Shown one piece after another: positions 35,303-46,715 of a stretch of 64,000 nt of DNA. Each line of letters starts with the position of its first letter. Position 1 is the first letter of the stretch. The stretch spans positions 2,976,001 through 3,040,000 of the forward strand of contig JBHGNT010000013.1 in the NCBI GenBank assembly GCA_043228905.1, in the 5' to 3' direction. Source of the stretch: Azolla caroliniana. Its lineage: Eukaryota; Plantae; Polypodiophyta. The position numbers and the translations under genes are program-made. Below the pieces are notes generated by a model. It saw only the letters and a list, made by a program, of their open reading frames with translations. It searched no databases and was not told where the DNA came from.

Positions 35303-38300
35303 CATGACACTATCCCCTCTTTAAAACGACGAGTGTCACGAGTCGTCTTGGATTGAGGACCCGGTTTGTGTGGATATTGACGATGGAAGTCTTCAAGAAG
35401 AGCACGAGCATTGGTCACATTCTCGATCGGTTCCCAAGTACGTTCGCTGGGACTATAGCCTAGCCAATCGACTAGATAGTAGAGCTTGTTGTGAACAATC
35501 TTGGAATCAAGGATGGCGGCAACCTCGTACTCCGGCCCATCTTCAAGCTCGATCGGGGGTGGAGGTTGGATAAGACGTCCTGGGATGGTGCTCTCGTGGT
35601 AGGGTTCGAGGAGAGAACTATGAAACACCGGATGTATCCGAAGTTGAGGAGGTAGATCGAGACGAAAAGCGACATCATTAATCTGTCCAATAATACGGAA
35701 AGGACCTAATCGCCGATAATCCAACTTCTCACATGGGCGAGTAGTCTTGATGTGTCGTCGTAGCAGCCACACTCGATCTCCAATATTAAAATTGGATGGA
35801 AGTCGATGACGATCCGCGTAGACCTTGTGTGTTTGTTGAGCTTGCTGGAGATGAGTAGATAAATCCGCTTGTATCTTGCGTAACCGCTCCAAACGATCCT
35901 CCACGCACGGATTTGTGGATACCTCTGGAGTTTCAAGTACACTCCACCGGGGGTGACATCCCATATAAGCATAAAATGGTGTAACTTTAGTGGATGCGTG
36001 GATAGAGTTGTTATAGGCAAATTCGGTGAAGTGGAGAATATATGCCCAGTCATCCTGATGATAGCTGAGAAAGCACCGTAGATACTGCTCCAGCGTTTGA
36101 TTTGTTCGTTCAGCTTGGCCGTCGGTTTGTGGGTGGTAGCCGGAGGAGAGGTTACAAGTGACCTTGAGCATGTTAAAAAGGTGCTTCCAGAATTTTGACA
36201 CGAACTGGGGTCCACGGTCACTGATGATACTATCGGTAAGTTCATGATGCCGACATACTTCACGCATGACAATTTTGGTAGTGTCTTTACTAGAGATCTC
36301 CTTAGTACATGGCAAGAAATGAGCCATCTTCGTATATCGATCGACCACCGTTAGAATTGCATTGAACCCCTTAGAGACTGGAAGATTCTTGACGTCGATT
36401 CAACACACGAGCATCCTGAAAGTAGGCAAGATTCTTGTGGTCACTAAATACGGTGACTGGATGAGAGGATCCCTCCAGAAAATGCCTCCATTGCATAAAA
36501 GAATCCACTATTGCCAATAGCTCCTTATCATGAATTTCGTAGTTGATTTCGGCGGCGTCAAACTTGCGTGAGTCAAAAGCCACAGGATGTAGCTTCTCAT
36601 CATTCCCCTGTTGTGACAGAATGCTCCCCAATGCAAAATCCGATGCGTCAGCTTCGATAATGAATGGTTTTTCCGGATCGACATGAGCTAGAATTGGAGC
36701 CGATGTAAATGCCTTTTTAAGACTCTCGAAAGCCATGTCCGTTTCTTCAGACCAGATGAACGGTTGTCCCTTCCTGGTAAGTTGTATGAGAGGTAGAACG
36801 ATCTTTGAGTAATCTTGTATGAACTTCCGGTAAAAATTGGCAAAGCCGAGGAAGCATTGCACATCCCGCACCGAACGCGGAGTCTGCCATTCTACCACCG
36901 TTTTGACCTTAGCTGGGTCCATGGAGATGCCTTCTAATGAAATGATGTAGCCGAGAAATTCCACTTGGTTGCACCCGAAACTACATTTTTCCAGCTTTGC
37001 ATACAGACCATGTTCTCGAAGTCGTTTTAGTACTAATAGTACATGAGAATCATGTTCTTCTTGGGTCTTTGAATAGACCAGTAGATCATCCAAATAGATG
37101 ATTAAACAATCATCCAATAGATCTCGGAATATATCATTAGCCATGTGCTGGAAGACTGTCGGCGCATTAGTGAGGCCGAACGGCATGACCGTATACTCGA
37201 AGTGCCCATATCTGGTGCGAAACGCGGTCTTCCATTCATCTCCTGGTCAGATCCGTACGAGGTTATTTGCTCCCCGTAAGTCGATCTTCATGAAGAACCT
37301 GGCACCATTGATCCGTTCTAAAAGACTTGAGATAAGGGGAAGAGCATACCTATTCCTGATTGTAACCTTATTCAAGCCATGGTAATCTACAATGAGACGA
37401 AGCGATCCATCTTTTTTCTTGACGAAGAAAATGGGCGTGCCGGCTGGAGATTTTGAATGCCGAATGAAACCATTTTCCAAATTCTCCTCTATATAGGCCC
37501 GAAGGACTTCCAGCTCGGTTGGTGACAAATTGTAGATCAGTCCCCATGGCGGCTCTTTTCCCGGTTGTAAATCGATGGGGCAATCGTACAGTCGATGATG
37601 AGGAAGTGTGTTGGCTTGTACTTTATCGAACACATCGGCGTAATGACGATACTTCTCGGGAAGTTGAACGGTGGATTCTTCTTTAGTGGTGCTGGAGGGG
37701 TTTACTAATATTGCAAAGAGGAACATTTCCTCCTTGCGCCCTTCTTTACGCAACTAACATAGCGAAATGGTTGCCATCTTCTGAGTTGACCCTTGGGTTT
37801 GTCGACAACGGATTTCTCTTGTTCTCCAATCTATGTCTGGGTTATGTAACTCGAACCACGGTAATCCTAAAACTATAGGATGTTCTGGGATACTAATAAT
37901 ATTAAATGATACTACACATGCTAAGTTATCTAGGACAATATTAATGGGCTCTGACTCTTCTATGATATTTCCGGAAGCAAACGGACGTCCATCAATGACT
38001 ACTACAGAGGCTGGACACTGGAGTTTTCTTAGGGATATCTTATGAGCTTGAGAAAATTTCTTATCCATAAAGCAAGAGTTAGCTCCGGAATCTAGGAGTG
38101 CTAGGACATGTACTGGAGGGGTACTTTTAGTACTAACTATTACTTGGGCTACGAACACATCACTAACTTGCTTAGAGGGAATGGAACCACTAATGGGTTG
38201 CACAGATCTAGGGTTGTCCAACCAAACGGCTCCTATTTTGGCTAGACTTAGTCGTTTAACTCTTCTTCTAACTTACTAAGGACATCAAATTTGTTTGCTA

Positions 38301-39399
38301 GATCTGGGATATTAGTACTATTAGGACTATCAGATATCCCTACTGAAATAGGCTCGGGTTTAGTACAATTAGAACTAGCGACTATTTGGTTTACCTGTCT
38401 TCTTGGCCTATGGGAGCAATTTATTGCGATATGTCCTGGTCCACCGCAATAAAGACATAGTCGATTTGTACGGCGTCGTTGCTTTTCTTCTTCGGATAAT
38501 GGTCCTCGACGACGTGTAGTGTCAATCTCCATCGGAGTCGGAGTATTCGCTGGAGGCGCATTATATGACTCCCTCGGAAAAGGTCTTGCTACCATTGAGG
38601 CATAGGTGGGCTCTGATCTTGCCTTCGGCATCTGTAGCTGTCGTTCCGAACGTCGCTCAAAGAGGTGGTTGTCACATCTCACCGCGCGATTGATTGCTTC
38701 TGTTAAGGACTTTGGTTCTTCGAGGAAGGTCAAGAGTAAATCCTTGACGTCGTTGCGTAAACCATAACGGAATTGCTCCATCAACGCTTGATCATCCCAA
38801 GGGATATCGGCGGCGAGTAGGCGAAAATCTGCAGCGTATGCGGAGGCTGGACGGTCACCTTAGCGTAATCGCCAGATTTTGTTGATTGCGGTCCTGATGT
38901 TGTCAGTATCTCCGAAACATGCTTTAAACTCACCTAGAAACTCTTCAAAATTGTTGAGTAACGGAGATTCCTTTTCTAATAGTGGAGCGAACCATGACAA
39001 CGTTGAGCCACTTAACAAAGTGCCTACTAAACCCACTCGTGATGCATCGGTGGGATATCGGGAAGGATGCATTTGAATAACTAATCGTACCTGGTTAAGG
39101 AACCCTCTAAACTGCAATCGCGTTCCATCGAACTTCATGGGAAGGCCAATCTTGGGTTCTTTATGAATCCCTTGTGTTCCGGGCCCTTGTTGTTGCATCG
39201 CTACGATAGTTGCTTCGAGTTGTTGCACGCGTAACGCATGTTCCCCATGTTGTTGTTGCGTTTGCTGCTTTTCTAAGGAGATTTGTTGAAGATCCCCCAG
39301 CAACCGTTGGTTTTCTTGTTTCAAAGCATGGAACTTCTCCTTCAAGCATTGAAATTCCGAGAAAACAGATTGATATTCTTCAGTGCTAACAGTGGCCAT
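35302..39399 (-). pseudogene. gag-pol of chromovirus D
   Basis: ORFs 38860-39399, 38248-38784, 37754-38221, 37247-37753, 36371-37186 and 35302-36348, separated by single stops and a deletion at ~36385. Confidence 0.95.
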
Positions 39400-39459
39400 G
39401 GGATGAAAGAAAAGAGGAATAAAAGATTAGTAGGAAATGAGAGAGATAGAAGGTAGGAA

Positions 39460-39470
39460 AATTGGTTCAA
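39460..39470 (-). promoter_or_regulatory. Non-tRNA (self-priming type) primer-binding site of D
   Basis: Minus strand TTGAACCAATT lies 2 nt inside the 5' LTR and is complementary to AATTGGTTCAA at 39696-39686, ~34 nt downstream of TATAAAA. Confidence 0.75.
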
Positions 39471-39582
39471 ACTGTCAAGAATAGTACTGAGACAGAGAAG
39501 GAATTAGTACTAAACGAAGGATTAGTACTATGAGAGGTGTAGAACTTCTTCGAGAGAGAAGGAAGAAGTGAGCGAGACGGAG

Positions 39583-39619
<37 letters not shown>

Positions 39620-40489
39620 TGATAAGAAAGATATGTATTATATGAAGAGAATATACAATGGTGGCTAAAAGGCTTAAGACTGACGTTGAACCAATTTGGT
39701 TCAACATAATGCTTAGTGCCCTCTTTTATAGTGTTTTCAGGAGTAATCCTGAAGCTTCTAGAATGTTCTAGAGAAATCTGGAATATACACTAATTTCCTA
39801 TAATAAAATGTAAATGAAAATAATATCCTACGTATTACAATAGATGATCTAATGGTCAAGAGCTCGACCCATATAACCTAAGATCATGGGTTCGAGTTTG
39901 CCATATCATGACAGGCATTGACATTTGATTCCACTCCATTTAGGAAATGTATACCAAACAATTGACCTTCGTAAAATGGACACATCCGACAACACTGCTA
40001 AGTAGTTAATGACACCAATGTAGCCAACAAGACATAGTCAAGCTACAAGATTTTTAGTGATCCAATCAACAGGCAAACTAAAGACATTAACCCGACCTCT
40101 AACTTCATGAGTCATCTAATCAGATTTCTAAGTTTTTTTTGAATCATATGTTTGCCCTTCGTATATGTTTGAAACCTTTTAGTTGTACCTTACTCTATTA
40201 TGGTGTAGTTCTTTTACGGGGTACTAGTTTTCCAATGTTAAAGCCCTATACCCCTCCTATTAAGTAATATCCACATTCACATGGTGCGAACCATTCCTTT
40301 CTATAGTTAACAAGTCCTATAAAAAGGTAGACGAAAACCCTATAATATTGGACATATATTTTGTGCATAATCAAGAACAATAAGTTTCAACTATGTACTC
40401 CTAAACAATAATAATTCATAGGTTTCTATCTCTCTATGTGCTACCCACCACTTAGAGACGAGAAAGATAGATATTATGCATTTGAGAAT

Positions 40490-41210
40490 GCATGCAATCA
40501 TGGAGAAATTAAGTGTTGGGTCATCAAGAAATACCTTGTTGACACTTTTGTGACGCTGATGATTCTCTATGGTGTGGAAGTATGGAGCAATAACATAAGT
40601 CCACTTTGAATGAGTTTGAAAATGGTCAAAATCCATTTCTTAAAATGTCTTTCCAAGTCAAGAAGCAAATTCCATACACTATCCTTGAGACGATATCACT
40701 TCCCATTGAGATCATGGCCATGGAAATAGTTGTTGAATACATGCTTAAGGTTCAAAAAAGTCCCTCACATCGACTTCCTAGAATTGCATCTAGCTACAAA
40801 ACCATATTCTTTGTTGATAAGGGAAACTATACACATCAATACATGTTAGATCCAATCCCGTTGTTTGTCATCCGAATCATTGCTTCCATGTGACTAAGCT
40901 CACTCACATGCACTACAATATGAGGTGGGGGCATTTGGGCACAAGTGATTAGAGTAGTTGATAGTGCACACTTTGCCCAAAACAAGTTTAGGAATATGAG
41001 TACCACACTTTGACACAATGCTCTAACTTTGATCACATTGGACAATGCTCTCTATACATCTTTGATCAAACCCAATTCTTCCACAAAGATCTCTCACTGT
41101 CAGATTGCAACATTCATTAGTAAAGTTCTTGAATATCAAGAGTCACTACTCACTTTCACATGTATTACGTGAAAATGTAATATTTTTGGTCTCATAGCTC
41201 ATATTTAACC
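40490..41210 (+). mobile_element. 3' fragment of an RTEX/RTE-like LINE (second, older copy)
   Basis: Homologous to 44450-44610 and 55550-56290 (KKYL.DT.VT..LYGVEVW; HQYMLDPIPL). Confidence 0.75.
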
Positions 41211-43604
41211 TTCGACGACGTAAGAAAATGCTCGTCGTAAAGCATATGAAGAAAGATTGAAAAATAAGGTTAAGGATAGTGCCTAAAGATGGAAATGTAG
41301 GCAAATAGGGACACGTGACCTATGAGACTAACCCACGCCTTTTACGACTATGCTTTTGGAATTGCAATGGATACCCATGGAATGCGGGATTTGGCATAGA
41401 GAAGTTCACCAATGACTCAGATATCACACTTCTTGTTGAAACATGGGAGCATGATACTCAAAGGATTCAAGGTTTAGGAAACTATAATGTACACTCTTTG
41501 ATATGGGAGAAAATTCCAAGACAAAGAAGAGGACAAGGAGGGGTGGCATGTTTGATTAAGAGGGAAATAGAGAAATATGTCTCAATCCTAAAAAATGATG
41601 AACATAAATGCTACATATGGCTCAAAATAAACACTTAATGATTTGCCCACTTTTGTAGTTGGATGTTACATTCCTCATCAATATTCTAACTTTTATGCTT
41701 GTTTGGATAAAGATCAACCTTTTGCCAATCTAGAAGATGATATTGTTTATTTCAAATCCAAAGGAGAAGTTATTGTCTTTGGTGATATGAATGTTCATAC
41801 AAGAAGTTTCCAACTTGATTCACAAGAATCTTTCACGCCACATATCTCAAGGATGCAAGAGGCTATGCAATGTATAGTCGCTCTTCTAGCGATGAAAAAG
41901 ATCCGGACCAATTTGGGAATTTACTTCTACAAATGTGCAATAGTACCGGATTTCTTATTGCAAATGGTATTTCCTTATGACCCAACACCAATGGTTTTAC
42001 ATGTAGAAAACACAACAGAAATAGTGTGATTGACTATGTGCTACTTTCCAAAGGTATTTTGGATTGTATACATAAATTTTCACTTGGTGAATGGACACCG
42101 GAATCCGATCATAGGCCTTTATGTATTGATCTCAAAGTATGCATAGGTTTGATTGTGAGAAGGCTATTGAGATAATAAACAATCGCACTTGAGCATCAAC
42201 CTTAAGCGAGTGCCCATGTATTCCAAGATGGTTGAGGATATGTTACAAATGACAAAGATACAACATGGTGCCACACTAGAATGCAAATGGGAAGCTTTCA
42301 AGAAAGTCTTCTCTCCTGTACAAACAAATGTTTTTCGGCCAACCGCACATCTTGGAAATGCACCAAGAAACTTAGGAAAAAATGGTTTGATAAAGAATGT
42401 TGTGAAGCTCGAAAGTGCCTTATGGTTTTGGATATAGTTAAGGATAAAGAGAATTACCGAAAGCATTTGCATGAGTATAAAAGGCTTATTCAAAGAAAGA
42501 GAAGAATATAGTAAGTTACTCAACAATTTATCCAAACGCAAGAGAAAGCACATGCATGTGCTTAATTTTGGAGAAATCTAAATGGGAAACATGTTGAGAG
42601 TTATAGTGACTTAACTCTTCACAATTTGTCTATGCATTGTAAGAATTTATATGAGTTATCTCTTGTCGAAAAGATGATGTATTATGGTTCTCTTTCACAT
42701 GTCTCCCTTTTCTACAATTGAAGATATATGCATAGGACTTAAGAAATTGGCCTCTCGAAAGGCAAGCGATCATCAATGTATAAAGGTTGAAATGCTCAAA
42801 TGGACGGGAAAGGAAGCATATGTATGGATAAGCGATATGTTTAATGATGCATTTCAACATGGTATGTTGTATGATTGGACTACAAATTGGATCAAACCTT
42901 TACATTAATGTAGAGATGTAAATAATGTAAACAACTATCAAACCATAATGGTTGGCTCATTAATGGCAAGACTATTTGGATGTATAATGGAATCAAAGAC
43001 AAGTGTATGGGCTGAAAAAAATGGTAAGAGAGCTTATGGACGAGCTGGCTTTCAAAAACACCATAACACCAGTGATCACCTTGTCATCGAGTATTAATGG
43101 AGGAAAGTCGCATTAGAGGTAAAGGTTTATATTGTTGCTTTGTAGACTTCAAGATAGCTTTTGATATGGTACATGCGAATGGAAGAACTTCAGATGCCAA
43201 GTGAATATATGCTTGCAATTTCCCAAATTTATGAGAAGGTTATATGTTGTGTGCATATGAGAGATAGACTTTCAAATTTTTTCAATAACACTATTGGTGT
43301 TAAGCAAGGATAGCCACTCTCACCAATACTATTTGGTCTATGCATTGATGAATTGGAATAAATGGTTACCAAGTTTGCAAAGGAAGAATGTGTTGATGAA
43401 GTTGCCATTGGGAATGTTGTGATTATGATTTTGCTATATGAAGATGATGTAGTGCTTTTTGCAAATACTTTAGGAGATGCACAAAAGCTTAAGAAGGCAT
43501 TGAAAAAAAATTGCATGCATACTAAATTAAGTGTCAATAGCTCTAAAACAAAGATTCTGCTTGTGAAGAGCCAAAAAAGAGATAAATCATGCATTATATA
43601 CAAC

Positions 43605-44284
43605 CATAGATTGACACATACGTGATATTCGTAATATTCTCCATGCGCAATATTCTCAATATTGGAGAATACGAAATGGCCCCAAGAATATTAGAAAACC
43701 ATTCGTTTTCCAAAATAAATATAAAACATTTATTTATTTATTTAAATTTATTTCACCAAAAAAAGAACAATTATTCATTAATAGATTATAGTGTCAAGAG
43801 AGTTTATGAAACTTATTTTAATTAATCATTTAATTAATTAATTTTTAAAAAACCAATATTATTATATTTATTATACAAATATGATTAGTATGAACTTTGA
43901 AGATATGATTAGTTTGAACTTCAAACTAATCATATCTTCAAACTTTGAAGTACTATTTTTAATGTCAAAATAAAAATATCCATAAATTTTAAGGGAATAA
44001 AAAGTGAGAAATTAATGAGCCTTTATTTTATTTTATTTATTTATTAAAAATAAACGAATACTTATAAGTTATACATTTATTATAAAATTTTAGTGGTGTC
44101 AAATCCCCAAGTCCCTCTTTTATTATCCCTATTTATTGTCAAGTTCCTCTTTTTTTTATCCTAGAAAATTAAAATAAGCAATTTTATTTTTTTTGAGTTA
44201 AACGAATACTTGTCCACCCATTCATATTCGTATTCGTTTGCGTTCGAATGGGAAACCCGACGAATGCGAATATGTCAATCTATG
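43605..44284. mobile_element. hAT-type MITE (680 bp)
   Basis: TIR CATAGATTGACA(C/T)AT; 8-bp TSD TATACAAC/TGTACAAC; AT-rich interior; subterminal ATTCG/CGAAT motifs; interrupts the LINE RT. Confidence 0.88.
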
Positions 44285-45016
44285 TGTACAACAATGAGCC
44301 ACTTGAATGTGTGGAAAGCTTCAAATATCTTGGCCATGAAGTTCCTTCAAATCATAGATGGAATGAATGTGTTACACGCCGCTTAGATGTGGGTAAACGA
44401 GCATACTATGCATTTGAGAACACATGCAATTTTGCAGATATTAAGTGTTGGGTCGTCAAGAAATATCTTTTCGACACTTTGGTGACACCGGTTCTTCTCT
44501 ATGGGGTAGAAGTATGGAGCAGTAGCATCCCTAACTAAATCTACGTGGAAATAGTTTGAAAATGTCCAAAAAAAAATCTTACAAAGTTTCTACAAGTTAA
44601 GAAACAAACGCCCTACATGTCACGAACACACCAAATGCGGACTTGAACGAAGCACGAACGATGGGGCTACTGAGACGAAGATCAAGGAGATAAGATGGGG
44701 CGAAACGAGAATACTAGATTGGTGTGTCAATGACTAGCATTGAATCCCTTGAAACGCACCAAGGAGGTTACAAGTATTTATACTGTGAGTTGAAGCACAT
44801 GCATTAGAATATTCTTGAGAATAGTTTGGAGAATATTCTAGAACCCTCTAGAACCTTCTAGTTCTAGAACTTTCTAAAAACTCCTAGAATGTGAATAGAT
44901 CATCTATGAAGATTGTTAAGTAATTAGGTAATTAACTAGGGTTAATTAGAGACTAATTATATGGTTACGTTAAGCAGCGGAAGATTAGTATGACATGCAC
45001 GTGAGAGTGTGTGAGA

Positions 45017-45078
<62 letters not shown>

Positions 45079-46715
45079 GTTACACTTATGAACACGAAGA
45101 TAAATGGGGGATGATTGACTATATTCAAAAGTGTCATCAACATACAAAAATACCCACAATGAGGTATATATACAACCCATGTGCAAAAATGCACATGTGT
45201 GGGTAGAACATAGGTACTTATGTGTAAGTTCTACATTAAATGTACCAAGGAGTGGAAGATCTAGAATATCCCACTTAAGTACAAGGTCCTATTTAAAGGC
45301 TTAAGGTCAACACATTAACTAGATTCGATCTACGTAACTACTAAGTACATGTGTTGACTAACTAGATTAAACTAGTTGAGCTTGATATCTCAACACGCCC
45401 CCTCAAGCTCAAGTGTGAGACATCCAACGTCCGGTTTAGCTTCCTTCGGCCTCATCGGCATCGGTGCGGCTTGCGGCTTTCTTCGCGTCTTCACGGCTTC
45501 GTTGCGCGGCGGTGCGGCTTGCGGCTTTCTTCGCGGCGTTGCGCGTCTTTCTTCGCATCTTCGCGGCTTCATTGCGCGGCTCTCCGCATCTTCGCGGCCT
45601 CGTTGTGTGGCTCTCCGCGGCTTTGTTGCGAGGCTCTCCGCGTCTTCACGGCCTCATTGCGCGGCTCTCCGCGGCTTATTCTCCCCCTCAAGCCTGTGAC
45701 GAAGGCTTGGATCCTCGGGCTCTTGTTCGGCCACTACCTTCATCGCGAGGGCATAGTGATGGGTCATATACTCGTTGTAGGCGTAACGAGTGACTTGGGT
45801 CTTCGCTCCTGATGAGCGGCGGAGTTTTTCGTTTGTCGATGTGAGTGTCTTCTTTACTCTGGTTGTCCTCATGATGGGTACACCGAACTCACTGTCTAGT
45901 GAGCGAGCCGAATTATCCGAATCATGGTCGTCGGGGTGGACCTCGACTTCGTATTCGGGCATCTTACCTTTGCCTTTGTCCGATGTCGGACTTGGCCGCG
46001 ACGTGTTTTCATCGCGTGGAGGCTCTTGTGGGCCAATTAGCTCGGTAGAGGTTGGATTGTCCTTCGGTGGAGGACTTGGCCAAGTTTCGTCGTCTGAGTT
46101 GGCGTTCAACTCTTCCTCGATCAGGTCGGATGGAGTCGCATCGGGCTTATACCAAGATGCCGATTCGTCAAAAACGACGTCGCGACTTATCCGCACCGCT
46201 CGGTTCGAAGGGTTGAACCACTTATACGCCTTTTTCGCGGACAAGTATCCTATGAGGATACATTCTTCCGACTTCATGTCGGGCTTCTCTCGACTTTCGT
46301 TCGGGATACGTACATTCGCAATGCTTCCGAACACCTTGAGGTGCGAGAGGATGGTCTTCCTTCCAACGAAGATCTCGTATGGAGTAAGCTCGTGGACTCC
46401 ATTGGTGGTGCACCGGTTCATGAGATAGACGGTCGTGGATGCCGCTGCCGCCCAATAGAAGTTCGGCATGTGCTTCTCACGCATCATGGCGCGTGCTACC
46501 TCGAGTATTTGCCGATTCATTCTCTCAACTACTCCGTTTTGTTGGGGAGTGTGTCGGCATGAGAATTCTCTATGAATGCCTTCACCTTGGAGGTAGGAGG
46601 TGAACTTGTCGGAGAAGTACTCCTTTCCTCCGTCCGATCGTAGGCATCGAATGTGCCGACCGGTTTCTTTCTCCACTTGGCTTTTGAGCCTTTGAAAGTG
46701 GGAGAGCACTTCACT

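Larger units (their letters stand above)
34886..39913 (-). mobile_element. Ty3/gypsy chromovirus D (Tcn1-like), internally deleted
   Basis: LTRs 39913-39473 and 35309-34886, TSD GGCAT, PPT AAAGAGGGGATAG. gag (CLYCGGPGHIAINC), PR (LLDSGA), RT (YLDD), RH, IN core and chromodomain (EYEVAAILDSK..YLVDWLGY..TWEP). Confidence 0.96.

Noticed and set aside
45376-45812. Arg/Ala-rich ORFs as an extra (env-like) gene
   Set aside because: GC-rich short repeats are open in several frames on both strands; no hydrophobic or domain signature.
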